The notes: a model not told the origin generated them from the letters alone. A stretch of 64,000 nt of DNA from Negativicutes bacterium (GCA_963665275.2 CAXXIN010000004.1:97387-161386), one strand, 5' to 3'. Positions 12,882-23,135 are shown, counted from the stretch's first letter. Translations and numbers: made by a program.

Positions 12882-13097
12882 CTATTCCAGCACACGCGCC
12901 AGGGAACCCTTAAAGACAACGGCCCCTTCCACCATCCTCGCCGGTCCCCTTTCGAGAATAGGTAACTCGGCAAGCGCCTTGATGATGTGCGCCTGTTTCG
13001 GGTTTTGTAGCCATTACAATGCGGTCCATTGAACCGAGCCTTTCCCTATCCATGCTCTGATCACCTCGCAGTCCTGTGGAAAGAGGATGGGCTGGCT
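12882..13097 (-). pseudogene. 3' remnant of a probable acetoacetate-decarboxylase-like gene
   Basis: Hand translation SQPILFPQDCEVIRAWIGKGSVQWTAL*WLQNPKQAHIIKALAELPILERGPARMVEGAVVFKGSLARVLE*. It has an internal TAA at 13014-13016 and no start. Family call is from recall. Confidence 0.55.
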
Positions 13098-14341
13098 TAC
13101 GGAACTTTCGACGCTTCTTTGCCAAGAGCGGCAATAGCAACCAAAAGACGAAGCAGATACAGGAGAACGCCACCGTTTGCAGCGAGGATTGCGCCGATGA
13201 CGAATCCGGGAACTATGCCCGGAACGAGCATTGAAGTACCGAACATGATCGAAAGCAGATTCAGAGTCAGCTGGGTGAGAGAGAGCTTCTGTAACAGGGG
13301 ATGGGCAGCACTTTTATTTGTTGATTTGCCGGAAAGGAGCAGTCGATACCCCAGCGGAATAATTCCACCGATGATATTGAGCACGCCCACGAGGAGAGTC
13401 AACGGAGCAACCAATACGTTGGGAATGACGCAAGAGACGATACCCAACGCCGCAAACAAAACCCCGCAGACAACCATGAGCAATGAGCGATGGGGAAATG
13501 GGCCGATGGGTGTGTTGCCTGATGCAAGCATCTGAATTGCAAAAATGATCATTAGCAAACCTAGTTGCGCGTTTTCCGCAAAGGGGAGCAACCCGAAATT
13601 CACAGGGATCAGCAACGTTCCCAGCAGAATCATGAAAACGCTGGTAAGCAACAGCATGGAGTGGTCGAAGGAGAAGCTGATTTGGTCGTTGCCGGATGAC
13701 TCTGCCTCGGGATAGGCGCGATAAACCAGCCGCAGTATGCCAGCAAGGTAAATGACCGCAACGCCGAACAGAAGCATGATCGTCGCCGTGATGGATGTTG
13801 GCAGTGGTGGTTGTGTCCAGAGCAGGAATCCGGCAAATATCGACAGCCCATATACGCTCACGCAGGCGAAAAGCAGGTGGCGAAAAGCCCCCCCGAATTG
13901 CATCCACGTACTAATCTTGGTTTTATCAAGGTACGCCTGCAGAAGTTGCAATATCCCCCCCAGACCGAAGCAAACGAAGAGTAACCTGCGAGGAAGTGGG
14001 CCAAAAAGCCCAGGGATAAAACAAGTGATGATACCGATAGCGGCGATAGCGACGCCGAAAAAAAGCAAAGGTTTTGATCGGCGCATGTCGCCGAAGGGGG
14101 TTTTCCCCAAAGTGATTGTTTGCAAAGCGAAAACGACCAGCATTAATCCAAAAAACCCGTTTTCGTAGTAGGGAAGCCTTCCAGCTGAGACGAAAAAAAG
14201 CAGAACTCCGGTAACCGACAGAGCCATGCCTCCGATCAACAGGATGACGCTTTCCAGAGGAAGATCCGCGTCCCCAAACAAGAATCGATCAAGCTTTTTG
14301 AATAACGCATATGTCTGATAAGTCTTTTTCATGCTTACCAC
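13097..14341 (-). CDS. Polytopic membrane protein of unknown function with an internal repeat
   Basis: About 12 hydrophobic segments; two related halves (FALQTITLGKTPFG / FAIQMLASGNTPIG). Confidence 0.8.
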   Translation of the reverse strand: MVSMKKTYQTYALFKKLDRFLFGDADLPLESVILLIGGMALSVTGVLLFFVSAGRLPYYENGFFGLMLVVFALQTITLGKTPFGDMRRSKPLLFFGVAIAAIGIITCFIPGLFGPLPRRLLFVCFGLGGILQLLQAYLDKTKISTWMQFGGAFRHLLFACVSVYGLSIFAGFLLWTQPPLPTSITATIMLLFGVAVIYLAGILRLVYRAYPEAESSGNDQISFSFDHSMLLLTSVFMILLGTLLIPVNFGLLPFAENAQLGLLMIIFAIQMLASGNTPIGPFPHRSLLMVVCGVLFAALGIVSCVIPNVLVAPLTLLVGVLNIIGGIIPLGYRLLLSGKSTNKSAAHPLLQKLSLTQLTLNLLSIMFGTSMLVPGIVPGFVIGAILAANGGVLLYLLRLLVAIAALGKEASKVP

Positions 14342-14345
14342 CTTA

Positions 14346-15014
14346 TCAGTAGGTTTGCAAAAGGTTACTGCTCCAAGAAAGGATTTTATCGTAATATAAG
14401 GCTAAGTCTACCCCATCCATTGCGGTTAGCTTCTTTCTATCAATACAAATATTCAGCATCTCTTTATCTATCCCATTTAGATGCTTTTCCAAATCTGTCT
14501 TGCTGCCTATATATTGATTTGTTTCATCAAAGTATTTAGCTTGCAAAATAAAAAATGCCGACTTGTAAAGTGCCGATAACATTTCGGCACTTTCTTCATA
14601 GATGAAATTATGGCAGCACGCATGATACAAATTGCACGCACCTATTTTTATCGCACGATTAACATCCTCTTTGTTAACAAGTAACAGTAAATAGTCTATG
14701 CTGCCGTAGATTGGTCGCGTGTCATAATAGAATTGAAATAATTCAGATTTTTCCCAACTAGAAATTTCACTTTGTCCGGAAATAAATCCGCAAGCTTTTT
14801 CCTTATAAGGCATTTGGGATATTATAGCTCGATATTTTTTCAGTTCTTTCATTGTTAGTTCATTCAGGATAACTACAATATCTATATCACTGCTATCACT
14901 TGCTTCTTTTCGTTTGTAGCTTCCTTGCAAGCCGATAAAAGTAACCCTATCTCCATATTCATTTTTTATTTTTATTACAAGTTCATCTATCCAATCATCT
15001 ATAAAGAAGGCCAT
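14346..15014 (-). CDS. Nucleotidyltransferase domain protein (Pol-beta superfamily)
   Basis: GLQGSY..E....SDIDIVVIL motif; GAGGTG RBS before MAFF; visibly AT-rich. Confidence 0.82.
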   Translation of the reverse strand: MAFFIDDWIDELVIKIKNEYGDRVTFIGLQGSYKRKEASDSSDIDIVVILNELTMKELKKYRAIISQMPYKEKACGFISGQSEISSWEKSELFQFYYDTRPIYGSIDYLLLLVNKEDVNRAIKIGACNLYHACCHNFIYEESAEMLSALYKSAFFILQAKYFDETNQYIGSKTDLEKHLNGIDKEMLNICIDRKKLTAMDGVDLALYYDKILSWSSNLLQTY

Positions 15015-15245
15015 CTTTTCACCTCGCAATTTGTAATACATGCATCCAAACAAGAATACCGACAGCGCCAAAAGCCAAAATAAAGAAAGTGCGCTCCTTG
15101 ACTCGTCACTTGTTTCTCTTAGCCCGCCGGATGACTCACCCCTCAGCGGTGCAAAACTGATTGGCACAAACACGCACTCACCTCCCAATGGGGAGGTCAT
15201 TTATTTTTTCTATCTTTACTCTTCATTGACCGCCTTTCGTGATTT

Positions 15246-15677
15246 TCATAATATAAGCATATCGTTCTTGTCGAATGACCAGTTCGGGTTATATGCGACC
15301 TCCCAATAATAGCCGTTCGGGTCGGCGAAATATCCGCTGTACCCTCCCCAGAAAACTTTTTGCGGCTCCTTGGCGATAATCGCACCCGCTTTTTCCGCAA
15401 GTTCCATAACTTCGTGCACCTCGGCCTCGCTTTTCACGTTGTACGCCAGTGTAATCCCGGCGAATCCTGCGGCAATCTGCGGCGGATTTTTCTCATTAAT
15501 ATCCTCTGCGAGAAGCTTAAGCGGATACAGTTCAAACTTTGTACCGGTAGTATTAAAGAAAATTACTTTCGGGTTATTTTCTTTTTCATCGGTGGCAAAA
15601 TCAAGCCCATCGCGATAAAAACAGATGGACTGCCCCATATCCTTTACGCCAAGGCAAATAATGCTGATTCTGTTCAT
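15246..15677 (-). CDS. VOC/glyoxalase family protein
   Basis: ISIICLGVKDM..SICFYRDGL, GITLAYNV, FWGGYSGYFADPNGYYWEVAYNP. Confidence 0.92.
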   Translation of the reverse strand: MNRISIICLGVKDMGQSICFYRDGLDFATDEKENNPKVIFFNTTGTKFELYPLKLLAEDINEKNPPQIAAGFAGITLAYNVKSEAEVHEVMELAEKAGAIIAKEPQKVFWGGYSGYFADPNGYYWEVAYNPNWSFDKNDMLIL

Positions 15678-15811
15678 GATGAATCTCTCCTTTACCTTAT
15701 ACCCGACATACCCGACTGAATTATCAAAAAGATCGATCAATATCCGCTAATTGCCGTCTACTTTCAGCGTGTTTGCTTTTTATTAAAATCAGCTATGGTA
15801 GATCAAATGCA

Positions 15812-17254
15812 TTACCATTCTTGCTTGGCTTCGTTCAATAGCTGTTTCTTCAGGGCAAGCAACTTATCGCTTAAATCAACCCGCATCTGTTCTGGATTGG
15901 TCAGTCGTTTATGTTCGTCCCAGAGCGTTTCCATTTCCGATTGAGCGTACGCCTTGATTTCTGGCAAAGACGGTTGTTTATAAACGCAACTACCGTTTTG
16001 GAAAATGGGAACCAGCATTTCCCTAAGCTCGTAGGATTCAGCGGGAAGAACAATCTTTTTCCAGGCATGGGTTTCATCCGATAACAGTAACGCCTTGTCG
16101 CTGTCCAGCGTTTCATTTGCCAGCGTAATCAAATCTGCTTTAATTTTCCCCTGCTGATAGACCCGGTAAAGTTTTTTCAAGCCCGGATTGGTCATTTTTT
16201 CTACGTTGTCAGAAATTTTCATCTTGGGCACCATCTGGTCGGCCTCAAATTCAGCCGCGAGTTTATAAACCCCGCCCATGGACGAGGTGCCATCTGAGGT
16301 AATCAATTTGGTCCCCACACCCCAAACCCTTATTTTTGCGTCTTGCATCTTGAGATCCCGAATAATATGTTCATCCAGATCATTTGAGCCGCTGATCACG
16401 GCCTCTTGCATGCCAGCCTCATCAAGCGCTTTCCTTGCTTCTTTTGATAAATAAGCCAAATCACCGCTGTCAAAACGGATTCCATACTTGCCAAACTTGA
16501 CGCCGCTATCCATTAACTCTTTAAATACGGCGATCGCGTTGGGAACTCCGCTGCGCAGCGAATTATAAGTATCTACCAATAGTATGGCATTACCGGGATA
16601 TTGCCTGGCATATTCGCGAAATGCGTCGATTTCAGTTGGAAAACTCATGACCCAGCTGTGCGCCATTGTACCTGCCACTGGAATGCCAAACATCTTGCCA
16701 GCCATCACGTTGGATGTAGCATCAAATCCGCCAATCACCGCAGCTCTGGCGCCATAGATGCCAGCATCAGCTCCATGGGCGCGACGCAAACCAAATTCCA
16801 TCAGCAAATCATCTGGGGCAACCGTTCTGATCCGGCTAGCCTTCGTACAAATAAGGCTTTCATGGTTAAGAAACATCGACAGCGCAGTTTCGATCAATTG
16901 CGCTTCCATAAAATTCGCTTGCACAATTAACAGGGGTTCACCCGGGAAGACCACAGTTCCTTCCGGAATTGACCATATGTCGCCCGTAAAACGAAAATGT
17001 AACAAGTAATTTAAAAATTCTTCTTTGAATATCCCGAGTGAACGCAGATAATCGATATCTTCGGCATTAAAAAATAATTCTTGAATGTACTGTATCACAT
17101 GCTCCAGTCCGACAAAAACCGTATACCCGCCGTGATATGGATTTCCCCGGTAAAAACGGTCAAATACAGCCCGGACATTTGCCTTGCCGGCAAAGTACCA
17201 TCCCTGCATCATTGTGAGCTCATATAGGTCTGTTAGTAATGTAAGATGTCTCAT
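15812..17254 (-). CDS. pncB: Nicotinate phosphoribosyltransferase
   Basis: LLTDLYELTM, EFGLRRAHG, GTMAHSW, LVDTY, IRFDSGDL, GVGTKL, GGVYKL. Confidence 0.96.
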   Translation of the reverse strand: MRHLTLLTDLYELTMMQGWYFAGKANVRAVFDRFYRGNPYHGGYTVFVGLEHVIQYIQELFFNAEDIDYLRSLGIFKEEFLNYLLHFRFTGDIWSIPEGTVVFPGEPLLIVQANFMEAQLIETALSMFLNHESLICTKASRIRTVAPDDLLMEFGLRRAHGADAGIYGARAAVIGGFDATSNVMAGKMFGIPVAGTMAHSWVMSFPTEIDAFREYARQYPGNAILLVDTYNSLRSGVPNAIAVFKELMDSGVKFGKYGIRFDSGDLAYLSKEARKALDEAGMQEAVISGSNDLDEHIIRDLKMQDAKIRVWGVGTKLITSDGTSSMGGVYKLAAEFEADQMVPKMKISDNVEKMTNPGLKKLYRVYQQGKIKADLITLANETLDSDKALLLSDETHAWKKIVLPAESYELREMLVPIFQNGSCVYKQPSLPEIKAYAQSEMETLWDEHKRLTNPEQMRVDLSDKLLALKKQLLNEAKQEW

Positions 17255-17486
17255 TCTTATTTTTCACTTCCACTTATTAATATATTCCCTATTTGATTTT
17301 CTACCCTTTGCAACCCATCTCCTGCAACATCAAGATTGTGGTGAGCAGAATTTTTGGAGCCGAGATGCAAAAAAATTCCCAAATACACATATTTCATTAA
17401 ACAATAAGGGGCAGTCTCTACAAAAATCGCCTGAACCGAAGTCCAAGCGAACAGAAACCACCTCTATTCAATTATTCCAAATGACA

Positions 17487-18588
17487 CTATAATACGATCA
17501 GTTCATATTCCCTGCTTCCCATGCTGAGCGTACTCATATAGTCGAGTTGGTGCAGGCCGCCGCGCGACTCAATCCGTTCCGCGATATCGCGCCGCTGATT
17601 GTCAGGCAGTTGATAAACCAAATCGATTCCTGCCTGATCGACTGCCAGGATATCCGTCGAGCCGAGAATGCCAATGTCATCGCAAGTCGGTTTGGCTGCG
17701 CTAGCTCCCGCACAATCGCAATCGACCGAAATGTTTTGCAGGACATTGATGTAGGCAATGTGATTTTTGAAATGTTCGGTAATGGCCTTGCCGGATTCCA
17801 CCATGCGTTCCAAGAACCCTTTGCCCAGCGGCCATCCCTCGCCGTGAACCATTCGTTTGCCTACCTTGCCTGAGGCAAAACCGATGCCGATATTTTTCAA
17901 CGAGCCGCCAAATCCGCCCATGGCATGCCCTTTAAAATGGGTATACACCAGAATGGAATCGTAGTTCAGGACATTCTTTCCAATAGCGACTTCCTGCAGA
18001 TGAACACCCGGCTCAAACGGAAAGGCGCCGCCGAAATTATCGATTTGTTTATCGAGAAACTCCTTCATCCCCGGCACCGGCAGCATAACATCGCCATCGG
18101 CGTCCAGGATATCGACGGGGCAAAAATCGAACCCGTTGATTTTGATCGTTTCGCGGTGGGTGTTGGTTTCCCTCCGCGGACTTTTGTATAGCACATTGCA
18201 TTCAACAATCGCGCTGCGCGGAACCTTCCCCTGAAGGTTCTTAATATACTCGATTGGCAGCAGATTGGGTCCATACGGTTCCCCTGTATGCAATTTGATA
18301 CCGACTCTCCCGGTAATTCCCCGGTTGATTCGCTCGTAAATCTTTTGCACCCCGTCAGGACTCAAATCTCTAGAAAAGTATACCGTCGGCTTGCTCGCGT
18401 CGGGCTGCGAAATCGCATGCGACCCTTCCCAAGTCTTCCTGGGCGGGGGAATTTTCCTGTGCTCGCGCAGTTCCCTGCAACAGCGAGGGAATTGCCGCCA
18501 AGGTCACCGCACTGCCGGCAACCTTCAAAAAATTACGTCGGCTCAGATCCTGCATCGCTTTTTCATTCTGATCATCCGTCATTCCCAT
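17487..18588 (-). pseudogene. Tat-signal DUF362 family protein, frameshifted (or sequencing error)
   Basis: The N-terminal ORF has SRRNFLK and ARA-Q; the downstream ORF has IKLHTGE, HFKGHAMGGFGGSLKNIGIG, SVDCDC. The two join by one frame change, probably near 18440-18460. Confidence 0.75.
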
Positions 18589-18607
18589 CGTGGTAAGCCT
18601 CCTCACA

Positions 18608-19155
18608 TTAAACTGATTTTCCCATTTCGCAAGCTTCTAGCAAAATCGAGGTCTGATTACGAATATCGCCCACCTGCTCTACCCCGACTCCGCGCACTAC
18701 CCCGGCCAATTTCGCTTGTTCAAAACAAGCGATCCATCCCTGCAGCCCCTTCACTGCTCCGTCCATCGAAGCTGGATCGCTATCGCCTGACGTTGCCAGC
18801 AAATAGATGTCACGGAATGAATACTGCTGCGCGGAAAAAGCGGATTCGGAGCGATCCAGCAATGTTTTCATCTGCCCGCACATCTCGTAAAAATAAATTG
18901 CGCGTTGCGAAGACGATCACTTCGGCCTGCAGCATTTTTTTAACAATCATATTTGCATCATCTTTGATTACGCACTGATTTTGTCGTTTGACAAGAAAGA
19001 CAGCCTTTACAAAAAACCAATCATTTTGTCATGCAGGCAAATTTTTTCTACACTATTTCCCTGTTCCATTGCACCTTTAGCCGAATTCATCCGCCAATAT
19101 CTCAGAATTTCCCTCTTTCCCGCGGGCTAGTGGAAATAATTAAGACATTTTTCAT
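18608..19155 (-). pseudogene. Flavodoxin family (NADPH-dependent FMN reductase-like) protein, multiple frameshifts
   Basis: MKNVLIISTSPR..GNSEILADEF, CKGCLSCQ and YEMCGQMKTLLDR read across several frames. Confidence 0.82.
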
Positions 19156-19197
19156 TTTAGTCGTCCCCCCATCAGAAATTCGTGGCAAGCCAGCTGC

Positions 19198-19563
19198 TTA
19201 ATTCGTTAAGGAAGTTTCCAGATCGTCGTAATTATCAATTTTGCAGGCCAAACGCTCTTTTACCGCTTGTAATTCGGCAATGCGTTCCTCCAACCGACGA
19301 TATTCCTCGCGCAAAAGTTCCTTTCGGGCTTCTTTTGTTTCACTTCCCTGCTGGTACATCTGAACATACTCAACAAGGATTTCAACCGGGATGCCTGCTT
19401 TTCGCATACAGTGAATAAATTCGACCCAGCCGCAGCTACAGTCGTCATATTCACGAATCCCGCTCGACTTGCGCTTAACCGGCGGAATAAGACCGATTCG
19501 TTCATAATAGCGAAGTGTATCCTGTGTCAAACCATATTTTTCACTGACTTCCGAGATAATCAT
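19198..19563 (-). CDS. MerR family transcriptional regulator (AdhR-like)
   Basis: MIISEVSEKYGLTQDTLRYYERIGLIP, WVEFIHCMRKAG; AAGGAG RBS. Confidence 0.93.
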   Translation of the reverse strand: MIISEVSEKYGLTQDTLRYYERIGLIPPVKRKSSGIREYDDCSCGWVEFIHCMRKAGIPVEILVEYVQMYQQGSETKEARKELLREEYRRLEERIAELQAVKERLACKIDNYDDLETSLTN

Positions 19564-20315
19564 TCGATTCACTCCTTTTGTTATTAGTTTCCTTACTTTC
19601 ATCCTTAATTTTACCAAAGCGACAAGGTCACTATGCAGAAAGTTGTTTTCAAAAACCAATACAACATGAATGTCGCCGGCAATCTTTTTGTTCCCAAAGG
19701 ATTGAATCAGAACGCCAAAAATCCCGCGATCATTGTCGGGCATCCTATGGGCGCGGTAAAAGAACAAAGCGCCAATCTATATGCCACGAAAATGGCTGAA
19801 CAAGGCTTCGTCACCTTGTCCTTGGATTTATCTTTCTGGGGAGAGAGCGAGGGACAGCCGCGCAACGCGCTTAACCACTCACTGACGATTGAGCAGAGAA
19901 AGCAGATCATAGCAGAAGCGGTCGAACAGCGCTATGTTGAATTTACTGGCGGCGAAATCAAATACACCAGTGGAACTGAGCATGCGTTGACAGAAGACAC
20001 GCATCCCATCCAGCGAGAGTTTTTTGACTTCTATCGTACTCCACGGGGCGAATTCACTCCCAAGGGTTCGTCACCTAAACTTACGACGCACCCGACGCTG
20101 ACCAGTAACGTTAAATTCATGAATTTTTACCCGTTCGCAGACATCGAGACAATTTCCCCACGCCCCATGCTTTTTATCGCGGGGGAGATCGCTCATTCCA
20201 GAGAGTTCAGTGAAGATGCCTATAAGCTGGCCGCCGAACCGAAGGAACTCTACATTATTCCGGGCGCAGGGCATGTAGATCTATATGATCGAGTAAATTT
20301 AATACCCTTTGACAA

Positions 20316-21653
20316 GATAGTGTCAAATAATGTTCGCAAAAATCATCGGCACTTCAGCTTGGTTAAGCAGCCGCATCGAGTTTTTGCTGGATCTCTGTAA
20401 TGATCATGGGATGAATATAAGATCGCCCGCTAGACCAATCCTCGCTGTATTCAATCAAGTAACTGGTTACTAGGCGAACATAGGAATCCATACTCGGGAA
20501 GATACCGACCACCTTTGTTCGACGCCGGATTTCCTTGTTTAGCCGTTCCAACAGATTAGTGGATGAGATTTTTCGCGAGTCGATTTCATTGAAACTGAAA
20601 AACTGCAGCGATTCTTCCAGACCGTCTTCCAATGTGGCAATCGCTTCCGGATATCTTGTTTCATAATCGTCCATCAGAGACGCCGCATATTTTTTGGCGC
20701 TGTCATAGTCAGGCTGGAGCCAGATTTGCTTGAGTTTTTCCGCAAAGGTTTTCTTTTCCCGGCTGGATATATGGGCCAAGATATTTCGCATGAAATGGAC
20801 TTTGCAGCGTTGCCAGGCGCAACCAACGAAGGATTCCCTCACGGCTTTGACCAGCCCCTTATGCGCATCCGATACAACCAACCAGACCTTTTTTACTCCC
20901 CGGGCTTTGAGATTGTCGAACAGTTGGGTATACGTGGCGGCGGATTCCTCAACCATCGGTTCAATCGCCAGGATATCGCGTTTGCCGTCGCAATTAATGC
21001 CTGTAACTACCAGGACCGCCATGTTTTTAACACTATGGTGATCGCGGATACGTTCATACAGGGCATCCACCCATAGAACCGGATAGATCTCTTCCAACTG
21101 GCGATTGCGGAAGGCTTCAACTTGTTCATTTAATTCTTTGGTGATGGCCGAAACCTGACTGCGGGAGATGGAGTCGATCCCCAAACTTTTGGTGAGTTTG
21201 TCGATTTTCCGTGTCGATACGCCGTTTACATAGGCTTCCTGAATGACGTTCATCAAAGCGGCTTCGGATCGTTTTCTGGCTTCCAGGAAGAATGGGATAT
21301 ACCCGCCATTTCGGATCTTGGGCACCATCAGATACATTGTCCCCATTCGCGTGTCAAATCGCCTGACTCGATAACCTGAGCGATATCCCTGGCGAGTTTG
21401 GGTTCGCTCTGATTTTTGGGCTTCCAGCTTGCCGTCCACTTCGGCTGCCATGAGTCGTTCGCAGAGCCACTTGAGCATTTCCTGCATGGGATCGTCGTCT
21501 GCCACAAATTTCATTAGCATTTTTTCAAAAGGTACGGTAGAATTTTGGTAAACCATCGGCGCTACACTCCTTTTGGGTTTGCTGGACACTTACCTTTTCG
21601 GAGTTGCCGATGGTTTTTCCTATTCTCTTTTGCGAACTTTATTGTACGCTATC
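20316..21653 (-). mobile_element. IS256 family insertion sequence, 1338 bp
   Basis: Terminal inverted repeats match 22/26 (GATAGTGTCAAATAATGTTCGCAAAA vs GATAGCGTACAATAAAGTTCGCAAAA). 8-bp direct repeat TTTGACAA at 20308-20315 and 21654-21661. Confidence 0.96.
20363..21556 (-). CDS. IS256 family (mutator-type DDE) transposase
   Basis: YVNGVSTRK, WVDA, VVSDAHKGL, QRCKVHF, STNLLERLNKEIRRR. Confidence 0.96.
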   Translation of the reverse strand: MVYQNSTVPFEKMLMKFVADDDPMQEMLKWLCERLMAAEVDGKLEAQKSERTQTRQGYRSGYRVRRFDTRMGTMYLMVPKIRNGGYIPFFLEARKRSEAALMNVIQEAYVNGVSTRKIDKLTKSLGIDSISRSQVSAITKELNEQVEAFRNRQLEEIYPVLWVDALYERIRDHHSVKNMAVLVVTGINCDGKRDILAIEPMVEESAATYTQLFDNLKARGVKKVWLVVSDAHKGLVKAVRESFVGCAWQRCKVHFMRNILAHISSREKKTFAEKLKQIWLQPDYDSAKKYAASLMDDYETRYPEAIATLEDGLEESLQFFSFNEIDSRKISSTNLLERLNKEIRRRTKVVGIFPSMDSYVRLVTSYLIEYSEDWSSGRSYIHPMIITEIQQKLDAAA

Positions 21654-21733
21654 TTTGACAAACTCGGATCTTTCTTCAAGGAAAATCTAAAATAAGTTTC
21701 GAGCTTATGCGCTTCACATGCCAATGATCCTGT

Positions 21734-21802
21734 GAATAGAATGAAAACAGGCCGGTCAAGGTGATCAAAACTCACCCCAACCGGCCTGTTTTCATTCTAT
21801 TC
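21734..21802. terminator. Long hairpin between convergent genes
   Basis: 23-bp perfect inverted repeat GAATAGAATGAAAACAGGCCGGT / ACCGGCCTGTTTTCATTCTATTC. Confidence 0.65.
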
Positions 21803-21866
21803 AATTAGAGATTCAGCCCTCTATGCCGCCAAGCAATCCCAGTGTCACTCTGTCATCATCATAGTA

Positions 21867-22562
21867 CTACTTCATTGTGCTCTTTTTTTCTACATAAACG
21901 TTGTCAATTTTAGTTATGGAAGCGCCAGTATTGGCACTACCATTCGAAAATGATTTCAGTTTCGATGTTATGACATACCCATCGGAAAAAAATTCACGCA
22001 TGATTAACCCAGTGCCGGCAGCATAATACTCAAATTGCTCATTCGCGGGTTTCTGATTCAAAGGCGTAATTTTCACCTTAACAACGTGCTGAAAAGAGCC
22101 TGCTGGCACTTGAACCGTCTCATTGATACTGACAATTTCTCGTTTTCCTTGGCAATCCTGCCAGAGCGCACCTCCTTTTAACGGAGCTTTAAGATACACC
22201 AGATGGGTATTAGGTTTTTCATTGAACAGAGTTTTATCGGAGTAAAACTCTTCGGTTGAAAACTCTTGGACTATGGCGTCTGAAGTCACATGGAACACTT
22301 TTCCCATGCTTGTCCCTTCATTGTTATCGTTCACTTGCACTCGGTCGCCTTCGCTACGAATAACAGTACGTGTAAAACTCGCATATTCGTTGCCACTCCC
22401 TTCAAAAACCCAGGTCAATCCAGGTTGGGTTGGAAAGAAAGCACGAACGTCAGAAATTGTAGTAATCTCGTCGAACGGCGAGCCTGTTTTTGCAGCGCAA
22501 GTGGTAAACACAATCAGGTTGAACAGCATGAGAAAGATTAGGCTCTTTCTTGCAAAGCGCAT
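21867..22562 (-). CDS. Exported or lipoprotein-like hypothetical protein
   Basis: Signal peptide-like N-terminus; beta-rich body with LKAPL..G..W, VQVPAGSF, EYYAAGTGLI. Confidence 0.72.
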   Translation of the reverse strand: MRFARKSLIFLMLFNLIVFTTCAAKTGSPFDEITTISDVRAFFPTQPGLTWVFEGSGNEYASFTRTVIRSEGDRVQVNDNNEGTSMGKVFHVTSDAIVQEFSTEEFYSDKTLFNEKPNTHLVYLKAPLKGGALWQDCQGKREIVSINETVQVPAGSFQHVVKVKITPLNQKPANEQFEYYAAGTGLIMREFFSDGYVITSKLKSFSNGSANTGASITKIDNVYVEKKSTMK

Positions 22563-22653
22563 ATTTTGCGATTCCCCTTTTATCGTTTATTAACTATTAT
22601 ATTCCACTGAACATGTAAACCAAAGAATTATTTCAATGTAGCTATTAATGAAC

Positions 22654-22699
22654 CGAGGCTGTCTCACAATAGGTTTTAAACCTGCTTGAGACAGCCTCG
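22654..22699. terminator. Hairpin downstream of iscU
   Basis: 13-bp inverted repeat CGAGGCTGTCTCA / TGAGACAGCCTCG. Confidence 0.55.
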
Positions 22700-22757
22700 T
22701 TGCGCTTGCTTATATTTTTTTACATTCAAATCCCATTGAATTGTCATATTGGAGATT

Positions 22758-23132
22758 TTATCCGTTTGGATGCTTTTCCATATAATCCTTGATCGCGGCA
22801 TGCACGGCATCAGCCGCCAGATTCGAACAGTGCATTTTGACCGGCGGCAATCCATCCAACGCTTCGGCAACAGCGGCATTGGAAACTTCCAATGCTTCGG
22901 TGAGTGTCTTGCCTTTTACCATTTCCGTTACCATGCTGCTGGTCGCAATCGCGGCGCCACAGCCAAAGGTCTGAAATTTGACATCTTCGATGATCCCGTT
23001 TTCAACCTTGAGGAAGATCTTCATAATATCGCCGCATTTGGCGTTACCGACTTCGCCGACCCCGTCGGCATCTTTCAACTCGCCTACATTACGCGGATTC
23101 GAAAAATGGTCCATTACTTTTTGCGAATACAT
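22758..23132 (-). CDS. iscU: Fe-S scaffold protein IscU/NifU
   Basis: MYSQKVMDHF.NPRNVG, CGD, TFGCGAAIA, LPPVKMHCSNLA. Confidence 0.96.
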   Translation of the reverse strand: MYSQKVMDHFSNPRNVGELKDADGVGEVGNAKCGDIMKIFLKVENGIIEDVKFQTFGCGAAIATSSMVTEMVKGKTLTEALEVSNAAVAEALDGLPPVKMHCSNLAADAVHAAIKDYMEKHPNG

Positions 23133-23135
23133 ATC

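Larger units (their letters stand above)
19609..21695 (+). pseudogene. Alpha/beta hydrolase (YcjY-like): 5'-truncated, internally deleted and interrupted by IS256
   Basis: HPMGAVKEQ, WGESEGQPR, GAGHVDLYDR are present. The last codons (KLGSFFKENLK*) resume after the IS at 21662-21695. No GxCxxG nucleophile segment is present. Confidence 0.85.
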
